The notes under the pieces are model-generated. The model was not told where the DNA came from. It ran no database searches and worked only from the letters and a program-made list of their open reading frames with translations. 64,000 bases of DNA from Tubiluchus corallicola (lineage: Eukaryota > Animalia > Priapulida). Positions 39,701 through 50,900 of the stretch are shown here, one piece after another. The first letter of the stretch is position 1. Each line of letters opens with the position of its first letter. The stretch is taken from positions 62,001 through 126,000 of the forward strand of contig JAQGDQ010002368.1 of assembly GCA_030141605.1 (NCBI GenBank), written 5' to 3'. The translations under genes were made by a program, and so were the position numbers.

Positions 39701-40966
39701 AGAGTCAGCACAGTCGGTAATAGTCAACATTTTGTGACACTGTAGAGTCAAAAGGAAATCCTCTAGAACCTTCTGAATCCTCATGCAACCCATTAGTCAA
39801 TAGGTATTAAAGCTTAAACAAAAAATGCAATAGACATCCTTACAACAAGATTTTGCAAGGAGGTCTGATTCAAATGATTGTCAATAATGATTTGAACATA
39901 CAATCATTACACAATTATACTTCATGACTGACATCTCATTTGAATGAAATAGACGTCATATTGCTGTCAATTCTGAAATTGCCGTGTACAAAACATTGCT
40001 AAGTATTAATGCTTCTGTAACACATCTAAAATGTACCGTATCTTCAAATAAACAACAAACAAGACTTTTTCATAGTATGGTGAACAACTTAACAGTGCCT
40101 CATTGTGTTTTATCAGTATAACAAGTATAATTCAAAAGTTTACCAACAAGCACGTTCACTTCACCTTCACTCAATGCGAGAAAATATGTTTTTCCATCTA
40201 AATGCTGGGCGAGGCAAACTCGTTTCTGCGGTGGTTCTCCGTCTACATTCTCCTCGCTATCAAATGTAAGCTGCAAATGATCTACTGAAAAATAGTGTAG
40301 TAAGCATATTATGGTACATATTTTTAAAACAAACTTTTACTCAGTTTATGCAATATGTAGAACTTGAATATATCATCTTGTCCTGTAATAATTACCTTAT
40401 CAAAAACTAATAAACATAATCGCTTAAATCAAGTATTACCTATAGCATTAACTTCGGAGTCTTGGTCAGATTGTAAAGCAAACACAACGCCTTCACTAGT
40501 AGAAATAGGCAGATCTACTCTAGCAATGTCAGTCTCATTCACTATAATATCAGAAGATTTTTCCGCCTCTGTGACTATGTTTGTGTCCAACTAAAAACAC
40601 GGAAAAGTTTGTTAGAAACATAAAGCATAGAGCAAACAGACAGCTAGAGTAACAGTTACTAACAGAGGTAGTTAAGAGTTTCCAACGAGAATAAAAAATA
40701 ATAAACAAAAATTTTCATTAAATACATACTTCAAATTCAACATCGCCAGCAAGTTCTTGTATGCCTAATTTATTAAACAAGAAGTTAACACAGAGTAAAT
40801 TTTGCAAAATGTTTTGTTTTTCAAAATCTTAACAGCAATAAAACTATTATCATTTTCCAAATATGCACAAACTACACAGGATGCCATCACTGTCTATGAT
40901 TTTCAATGTACCAACATTAATTACCTCTTCCTTCAATTCCTTGTCAATCACGGTCACCTCCTCCAT
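30797..40966 (-). CDS. DMTF1: Cyclin D-binding Myb-like transcription factor 1, ~15 coding exons
   Basis: Exons 5' to 3': 40966-40925, 40590-40440, 40284-40165 (or -40144; EPPQKRVCL), 39639-39581, 39356-39215 (NQSWFTTKEDK), 38161-38085 (WKRGQWSKEE), 37514-37324 (KDERKDFYR...RPLFAVYRRVLRMYD...HVGKYT), 36708-36599 (LGRSPSSVKDRCRLMK), 36033-35805 (TRTEKQCRSKWLN-LNWKQ), 35406-35246 (EGWSSARSPQWLRGKWW), 35003-34854, 33976-33783, 33043-32770, 31817-31614, then either 30828-30797 (DPVVTHETLQ*) or 31543-31533 (GAP*). Phases are consistent throughout; the N- and C-terminal exons are less certain than the Myb-repeat exons. Confidence 0.92.
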
Positions 40967-43900
40967 TGTTTCAGATTGGAAAAGGTTTCCAAGAAAGTGT
41001 TACCGTTTCCTTCTTCCGGCATTTGTTCTACAAGACAGAAGATACTTCCATACTCATTCTGCAGATAATGCAATTGATCAATAAACAGTCAAACTTCTTT
41101 ATTCTGCCTACTTTTAGACTGTGAATACGGCAAAACAGCTGGCGTTAAACGAGTGCGGTATTATAGTGAAGTGCATTAATACATACATGTTTATGTAAAT
41201 ATAGATTTTCTCTTGCTAAAAATTTGGGCATTAAGCGGTTTTGGCATTACAATGAGGTTTGGCTGCAAAAGACTAATTTTGTATAAAAGGTTTTTTCACC
41301 TGAAGAACTACAATGGTAGTTCAAAACATTGTGTTCTTTCTTTCATTTTTTAATTGCGGAAATTTTTATTCATTGCACTTATGTAGAATCTCAGTTAGAT
41401 TGGGAATAATAGCTGCTAATATACACTGCTTTTTGGAAGGCTCAGATCGATAAGAAATCAAAGAAACAGCCCAAAATGTGTACAGCACAACAAAGGGCAC
41501 TTCACACAAAGGTCCACAGTACGTGTAAAGTTTGTACAAGAAGTGTTATTAGAGCTCAGTATCCCATCTAATGACTTCAAAATTTTATTAATGACATAAC
41601 AGTAAATCTGCCGGACGGGATTCCTAAGATAACCTTAATGCAGATACTTGGATCTGCTTAGGCCCTACTCCATTCGCTTATTAGCAAGAACTACGTTCAG
41701 TACTTCACATAAAAGTCGTTCTTCATCACATCATACAAATTATTGCAGGATAATTTCTCAGGCCACCTGATATCTAATAGCCTTCCGTAGAGGCGTCTTT
41801 GAAAATTATCTTTTCTTCACCAAAAATGTTTTTTGGTACATGAATGGGTAATAATCGAAACCTTCAATTGTTGCTGTCTTCTTTTTTTCGTCAGCTGTTT
41901 GCTTTAACTGAGAGCAAATCGGTGTACTCGAAACGTGCACTTTGTTGGTCACTTGAAAAACTGCAGCTTAACGAATTATTAATACGGTAACAATATTAAA
42001 AATTTCTGTATAAGTGTGGACAAAGCACAGTAGTAGCTAAGTAGCAGTGACAAAGGAAACACCAAAAACAACATGAACGTTACAGCCATCTCAAATTTTC
42101 AATGCCAATAAATACTTTGGAAATTACAGATGCAGAAAGCTTGTTTCAAATGTAGAGAAAACAACTCCATGAAGTTTAATGTGATGGGCTATAGTGAATG
42201 GATTATAGAATCCATGATGTTTATTACGTGTTTTTTGTTGTGTCATGTTTACTTTGTACTTTGACCTGATGTATCTGCCACATTCAGTGTTTTATAAAAG
42301 ATCAGTTACATCAATACCAAAAGTGATTGTGAATGTAGTTAGGCGTAGTTCAAATATATAGTTCATCAGATAAATGATTGTCGACTACCTGTTTTAGCTG
42401 TTGTAACTACTCTGCAGACCAATTATAGATTCTTAATTGGCCAATTTGCATTATTATAGATCGTGTTATAGCATTTTACATTTGTAATTATCCTGTTAAA
42501 TATCATCTAAAGTTTATTCCGTTTGTTATTGCCATGAATCTCTTACATACCCATACTAAACACAATACACCTTGTGTTTTAATGAGAATGTGTGCTACTG
42601 CCCACAGAAGCAGCTCTGTACAGTATGTATTTTTGTCAATTCGGTACTCCGCTCGTTCATTGTATGCATTGTAGAATTTTTCATTTCCTTTTGTTCCATT
42701 TTATTTGTTGTAAAATAGCCTTTGGCTAACGCTATCTTTAAAATTTATCAACAATTGTGAGGTGCATGTTGCTAATTTTGATAGTAAATGGCTTGCTTGG
42801 CTTGCATTACTGTATGTGTTCTTTCATTTCATCATCTCCTCACCCCTGTCACGTAAAATGGTTCGTACTTACCTGTTGGAGTGCTTCGTTTACTTATGCA
42901 GAAAAAGCAATACCTGTTCTGGACAGTCGAGTTGATATTTTTTCACTGGTACAGACGTTCGTTGTTGGTCTGACCTGTGGGCATGTTCCAGCATACCTGT
43001 AGTTAACGTATTTGTCTGGAAAGGCTGGTACACGATCTGTGATGTAATTCTTTATCATGGAGAACTGAGCTAAGTGTTGTTTTGGCCAAAAAGACAGTGT
43101 TCATGTTGCATAGCCTGTCTTACTCAGTCTCGTTGCTGTTACACGGTTTGAAGAGCTGGTCAAGCCACAGACGTGTGATGTTATCCCATTCCAGTCAGCT
43201 GTTAGTACGTTGGTGTTGTAGACTACAAGAGGGTTGCTGAAAGCCGTTGATTAGCTGTCGTCATCTGCATTGTTATGGCTCATGGAGGATTGTTTTGTTG
43301 CCGGCGTCAGCGTTGTTATTGTGGGACGATCGTCAAGTTGTGCACAACGTCGTCATGAACATTCAGATAAGTTATGTGCATTCATTTTCCTATAGTAATT
43401 TTGAGCTCTTATTGTTGACTTGTTGTTGTACTCTTCTTTTGTAATAATTATAACTTTAAAATTTGTTTCATCTTGTTTTGTTTTCAACTAAACAGCCTTA
43501 AAAAAACAGCAGACGAACCCGTGAAAATACATGTAGTATATTTTCCTGATCATTATATAAAAATTAGGAATGCAATAGCCCTCAAAACGTTACAATAGTG
43601 GCAGTAGTTATTTTGTTTTTAAACCAAATAACCCTCGGCACGTTACAACAATAAATAATCTTTTTACAGCTTACTACTACACTTGCAGGTGCGTCTGTTA
43701 ACAAATGAATATAATTTCAGGTTTTGTTAACTTTTGATCTTGTCCAATAAATTTCAACTTCACAAAATTATGTTTCAAACAACAAACTTTTCAATGAAAT
43801 GTTGCTATATTCGTGTGCATACTTTACAATACTACATTGATAAGCTGTATATGGCAGTACTTAAATGAAGCACCTAGTTCCAAAATGAGTTTAAGGTAGC

Positions 43901-44668
43901 TGGCTCTCCTACCATTATTAAAATTTTAATAACCAACTAGTTAGGCTTTAACGTGTACTTAAACTTGCGCCCAAGATTGAGCAAAAAGGAAGAATGTGAC
44001 CATATTGCTTTCAAATCTGATAAGTCAAAATTGCATATATTAATGAGAAGAACGTTATATGGATGGAACTAAGAAATAAAAAGATGGAGAGTGGTGAAGT
44101 TAACGTCAAAACTGATTTTCATTGCTAATAATTATATTGCCGAGACCTATTTATCTGCTACATAGCTGTTTTTTAAATTAAAATGTTAATATTGCAATAG
44201 ATACACATGCAATGCCTTTTCGTGCTCTTCTTGACGAATGACGTTAATTTCTTAAAATGATAAGATTGAAAGTTTTTCCTTATAATAATTATGATGACTT
44301 CTAGGCAGATGCAACTGCAACTCACCCACAAACCCATGAACACATGAAAGAACATAATGCATAAATAACTTATTAAAGTACACACTTAATCACTTTAGAC
44401 TTAGATAATGTTCATTATTGTCCTAACGTCAAGATTATTATCCTTCAAGCTCAGATAAACAATGATCATCAGGTCCTGGTATTTCAAATTTTCTAGTTCG
44501 CATTGCAGCACATGGCTTTCATAGAAACCTTACGAGAATTTAATGTTTTGATAATAGACAGTTTTGACTTTGGAGGACAGTGAGAGTCAGATATTACATA
44601 TTCGCTTTACTATAGCATTCTGTACTGTAGCTTTCGTAAAAGTTTCTGTCAGCGGCTTTCATTCGCTA

Positions 44669-44682
44669 CCGCTAGATGGCAG
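44669..44682 (+). promoter_or_regulatory. CTCF-like motif between the divergent DMTF1 and Cav1 5' ends
   Basis: CCGCTAGATGGCAG closely matches the CTCF core CC(A/G)(C/G)(C/T)AG(A/G)(G/T)GGC(A/G)(C/G); motif match only. Confidence 0.45.
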
Positions 44683-44946
44683 AAAACATCCACAACGAAT
44701 AAGCAGTAGTTGAGGAAGCAGACGAAAAGTGATACGGATGTTGTTAACTCGCAATTTGTGTTGCAGTCTCCGAGAAAATGTAATCATCCATCTTACCGTA
44801 GTTATTTCACAGCTGGTACTAACTGCTGTAATGTACAAAGTGTGCGCACTTATTATTTTAGGTTTTGTTTGTCAGGATTTCGTAATTAACGATGGCAACG
44901 GACTCACGGTGGAGTTGATATAGCTACGGTATTGAATAGCAAGAAA

Positions 44947-47900
44947 ATGTCTTTAGGCAGTGGTAAGTCTTAATCCCTTATCATCTAAAAGGTTTTTGTA
45001 TGCGAAGAGGGTTGAAGATAGCTTTGGTTTACCTCACGAGTTTCAATACATAGTATGGTTACATGATGTCGCAACTAAGACTAAGAGTAAGAGGCTTGGA
45101 AACTTGTTGTTTTTAACATTTGTAACCATTCTTGATCCAGTTAATGAGTTATTGCACTGTGCAGGTTTGGCAAGAGGTTGGAGAACACATTCAAAGCCCT
45201 CATGGCCATTCAAGATTCCTTTCAAACATTTCTAGTTGGAAGTTGTCCAGTGAATCATACTGTGGTTATGTCATGATAATTGTCAGTATAGTTAGTAGTA
45301 TCAGCATTGTCGTTGATTGCAGTTCAGCAGATTTCTAACGACCGATCATTGTTCATAAACAATGAAACTGAATTATTCGATATGGATGCGATTAAACTTC
45401 ATGGAGTATGGCTCTTGCTAGACTTTTTATGGAAAGTTTTGGAAATGTCAAAGACTACTAACCTAACCCTGCTTGTCCTCTAAAGCTTTCTTTTAATACG
45501 CTTTGTGATTAATGATAGCACATCAGAAGTGAGCACTATCTGTTGAGAAACTGGTGCTAGTTCTCTACCTGCATCTAAGTCTTGTAAAAGATTGGAAAAA
45601 ATGCCATTGCACGCAGATCTCGCATTAAATTTTTGTCATTTAAAGGAAAACCGGACGATTGTTTAGACTCAATCTCATTTTAATTTACTGTCCAAAATAT
45701 ACATTTTCTCGCTTATAAAAGTTAGCAATTGTTTCTTATATTTGAATAATTAGCTTAGAAAGTTAATTAACGGAAACCAAACACAGCTATTGTTTACGGT
45801 AGAAACTAACCAGCACGTTTGCGTAAGTGTCTCGAAAATGGGCTCTGCGTCATATTACATCAGAAACTTCACGATCATGGTTATCACTGTACCGCTTTCT
45901 GTTTGTCGGCCACGCGAATGTGACAAAAAGGCACCGTACCCAATCTTAGTAGATTCACTGAGCCGCGCATAGCTTTGAAAGCTTAACGAAATTGAGTATC
46001 CAAGGTAATTATTATTTAATCTAAACTTTGATTTAAAAAAGCTATTGTAGTTTTCAATATGTTAGAGTATTCTTTATTCTGAACTAATGTTTACACAGTC
46101 ATCCGGTTTTCCTTTAAACATATTGTAGGACTTTCTGAATAAGCGACTTCCCATTGATATATATAAGGATTGTGAATTTCTGATGACATGGTATCATCAT
46201 AGCCGGGGGCGGAACTAGGGGGGAGCGAGGGGGGGACGCCCCCCTTGTCAAAATTTGCGCCCCCCCTGCAAAATCGGACAAATAATTTTTTTTGCAGTGA
46301 AAATTGCAGTTCACATGTAAACATTTTCAATATGAATTAGAATTAGGTAAAAAATGTTTGGTAGCTTCAGTGTATTATTTTCTTAAAACTTGTGTGTGAT
46401 AAATTTCTGTAAATAACAATTTAGTTAGAGGCACATTAATAACTTTAGGTTAACTGAGAGTTAATTTTCTTATTATTGCTTTGTCAGCTACGCCGTCCTA
46501 CGCATGCTAATTATAGGCCTGCATGCAGTATAAAAGGGGTTAAAATTGGCTTAACCATTATTTAACCACTTCGGATACCTCGCCCCCCCCCCCAGAAAAT
46601 TTTTGCGCCCCCCCTGCTTGCCACATCTAGTTCTGCCCCTGATCATAGCTATTGCTGTTGGCGTAAATTATTTAAATTAGTAAGAATTTCTTTTCTTCTA
46701 ATCCAAAGCTTTCAAAACGTGTTTTTAGCTGGTCATATGGCTTTTGTTATAGTGGTCCCTGCAAAATGGGCAACTATATAGAATTGTTGATTCAGTCTCT
46801 GTGTCTGTTTGCTGCCAGTTTGTCTCAGCCGTGAAGAAAATTAGATGGTTTGTATTTGTTTATATTACAGCGGCATCATTTAACATCTGCAGTATCAAAA
46901 ATACTGACGTTTCCATCAACAGCTCTTTTGTTCAAATTTTGTGCATTGCATAAAAAAGAATTTAGATCGGCTACTGGTTGTGGCATGTTCTGACTTTTGC
47001 TCATTGTCCAACAACTTTTTTTGATGTGTTAGGAAAACTTGCAAAATGAAATTTTATTAACTAGAAAAACTGCACTTTGCAAAAAACTGAAGCAGTTTGG
47101 AATTTAATGTGACCAAAGAAAATGCAGAAAGAAGCTGTTACAGTCAGTATACAATCATTGGTTCTATCTTCATGTTTGTCTGTGACTTTTGGTGTTGCCG
47201 TTTTTCTTGGCAGTGGAGTAATTTAAGAATGTTTTGAAGTAAGGTATCGGTAAAGGCAATTTTGGGTCATTTGATGCAGGCTTGATGCTTTTACAATTTT
47301 TTGAAGAGCTGCATTAATTGGCAATGCTATAAAAATGATTACTTGGCCAATCAAAATTGAAAATTACTTAAATTAGGTGTTTTGCTTGTAATGGCTTACA
47401 GGCAATTGGCAACTAGTACTGCAATTTTTTAAAACACTAAAATTTGTTGATCTTACCTGTTAAAACACTCACAGAAAGTTATATAAACTATAACTATATG
47501 AAATTATAGGTAGTTCTTTTCTTCTGTTGGAGGTCAGATAGATAAGATTTTTCATTAGTTAGGTTCTTGGATGTAAAATGACGTTGAGAATTTATGGTTT
47601 TTAGAGATGCTCTGTGTTTATCACATTCTCTATGTGTATAATTGTTTACCTGTTAGTTAAGATGTCGTAATATTGAATAAACTGTTGTTAGTAAACCTTT
47701 TATACTTGGTATTGCTTAATTTGTGCAGCAAGGGTGAAAAGATTGTCTAGACTAAATGAATTAAATGTTAAAAAGTGGGCACACAAATTACAAAGTAAAC
47801 TTGTATTTTACATTACTGAGGCTTTACTACACTACGATGTTGTCATGACGCTACACATTTTGTGCAAAAATTTATTATATAATCAGTCTGTTCAGATTAG

Positions 47901-50900
47901 AAACAAGCTAAGCTGGGAAACAGCAATTACTCGTTAAAGTAACTCACGTACATTTAATCTGTGAATGATTATATATTGAGCTTTTAACTATTCAAGCCAG
48001 TAGCACACTGAATAACTTATCATTATGACATCAGGTATCTCACCTATTAATAAAATAGGTCTGCTATATAGGGCTAACAAAAAGTTATAAAAATTTATAT
48101 GATTGGTTATTGAATTATGATAGATTATTAAGTACATGTAGATAAACAAATTTACCTTTGTATGGTAACCGCACTCACCCTACTCACCAACAACATGTAC
48201 TGTTTTTCAGGCTTAACGCCTAGCGGAGCAGGCGGAGCATATAACGGCCCTGCTCGACGACCCAGTGGATTGGGCACACCAGCAAGTGGTACCATGACGT
48301 CTACCGGATTTATACCGGGTCAGTTACCATCAAACCAGAGTACAGCTGGTTCACTGGGTGGTGGCCCGAGTATTACTGGTCAATCTGGCGGCGGAGAAAC
48401 ACGGTCTGGGACAACAACTGGACTTTCGTTACAGGATGTCATCCAAATCGCCGCCATGAACCGGAAACGGCTGCAAAGAAAGCCGGCAAATGCACTCAAT
48501 CGTCCAGAGCGAGCATTGTTTTGTCTTTCCTTAAAAAATCCTCTTCGGCGACTCTGCATCAGTGTTGTTGAGTGGAAGTATCCTTTATTATCAAAAAAAT
48601 TAAATTATTGCAATGACTATAAGTGTATTCTCAGCTGTTGATAATTAAATAGTGTCTGGTTTATTGTAACACATTTGCTCAATGCTTTTAAGTTTCATGT
48701 ATGAGACCAACTCTAGAATCTAGATAAATTACCTGTTTACTTTTACGTTTGATTTTCACCTTTCCGGGCTACAGGGTTACATTTTACTTACTTGCTCTAG
48801 TTTTTTAAAACGTGATCAAAAGAATCATAGATCCATTAAAGCCATACAACCTGTCCATCCCATACACAACCACAGCACATCAGGGTGTTCGGGAGATACC
48901 TGCCAGGCCCAGGATTCGGGTTTTGGCCACTTTTCGTTTCTCTCAAATCCTGCCAGGCCTACTCACATTAGAATGGAAACAAATTGAAAGCTGAACAGCT
49001 CCCCCTGCCAGTGTAACCCCATCGAGCATACTCATATGTTCAAAAATACCTAGGAACACCAGATTCCATTGATTTCAAATTAACATGTATAACTGATACA
49101 AGAAAAAACCTCACAAATGTTGAAATAGGCTCAGCAAAATCTTTTTCTATGTGCAAAGCTTTCAGCAGTTTCTTCTGTAATTTGTTAGGCATACAAGATT
49201 TATACCACACATTTTGTATACGTAAAAATCACTTGGAATATTGTAATAAATAATTCTAGATTTTCAATAAGTATGAACTTTATTAGCAAAACAAACTTAC
49301 TGTAAAACAATTACAAGTAAGAAATGAATAAAACACTTATGACTGATAAATAATTAGAACAGAAAAGATAGTTTGAAGAGTAATAGATTCCCGCAAGTAA
49401 AACAATGAACACCTGCTTATACCAAGTGTGTTTTGTTTAAGAGGGTTAAAATTTTCTACACATGAATTTGACTCTTCTTGAAATCTGTGGGAATCATCTC
49501 ATGATGTGATGGGCTCGCAATATCTGAAAACAATTATTGTTTTAAAATTTATCGTTTGACATAAAATTAAATTTGCTCTATTACGACTAAAATGAAGAAA
49601 AATGCGAATAAATTAAAATATATAAAATTAGAAAATCAAGTTTTAATATCTTTTGTACGGAGTAAGAAATGGCTTCTCTAAACCCTGCACAAGCTCTGGG
49701 AAGCTAATTAAACAAACTGTGATGATCATAGCCAGGTCTCCTTGTAGAAGCCTATTTTCCTTCTCACGTTTGTTTGCAGTGAAAGCTCTTCATCAGAATG
49801 AGCAACGTATAGACTTGCATAGATGCTGACACACCAGACAATTTGCCTTTATAATAACTCTTTCAGTGCATACTGATGCAATGCCGGTGATGACTTAGTC
49901 ACAGATGAATCGATTTGGGTGTACCAGTTCTGCTGGTTTGTTAACTTTGTGATCCTCTTTGAAGCGGGTAACATCTGCTTCCTACTGACAGCGTCAGTCA
50001 GTGTTTTGCATGTTTATTGTGTAGAGCCTCTTTTACTGTACCTTACTTAGGCTAATGATAACTAAACTTATAAATGAAAATACTAATTTGATTAGCAGCA
50101 GACAAATTTCGTATCTCATGATTGTGCTCAATATTGTTCACGTATTTTCTTTTTTCTTACAGAAATACATGACACAATCGTGTATCTTAGGTATTATAAT
50201 GGTGGCCTACATAGACCCTGATGCCCGATGTAAACGAGCAAAACTGTTCCGTTTTAAAAGATCGCCATTGTACACTGGTGCTTTACGTAATATTTCAGCA
50301 GTGCATAGTTTGGTAATAAAAGCTGTATGTTTATAGATATTTGGACATAACCTGTTTAGAAGTGCGACCCTACATTTTTGAGTTCACACTTCAATTCAAT
50401 TCAATTTCAATTTATTTATCTCTTTATAGTGTTACAATAAAACATGATTAATAAAAGAATCTCTAATAAATTTTGAAAAATGGTTAAAATATATAGATCT
50501 AGAACTAGAGAAAGGATAGCGAAAAGACTATAAAGTCACCTAGTCTGCTATCCTTTGCCGAATAGATAAAAAGATTTTAGACACTGATTTTTTAGACACT
50601 TCCTTGTTTTTGAGAATATTTTCTTTATTCTGAAAACAAATGCCTGTTAACAACTTTCACTCACGCAAATTATACAGCGTACGGTTTAATTTTACTACCA
50701 TTACTTCAAGTGGTCTCCACTTTTATCAAAACTAAATTCTGTGTATTCACATAATTTAGTGGCTACGAAACCCTCAAAATCATGGTTTTAAGGTTACTTG
50801 CTTGCGAAGAAACTCTGTAAAGAGGTCTGTTTCGTCGCGATGCTGTTCTCGTTTTTGTTGTTTATGTAAGTTTTAATCAGTTTTTAATACTGACTGTGAC

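Noticed and set aside
41695-41735. Box C/D snoRNA-like GTGATGA...CTGA on the minus strand
   Set aside because: The boxes are only about 20 nt apart with no terminal stem or distal D box.
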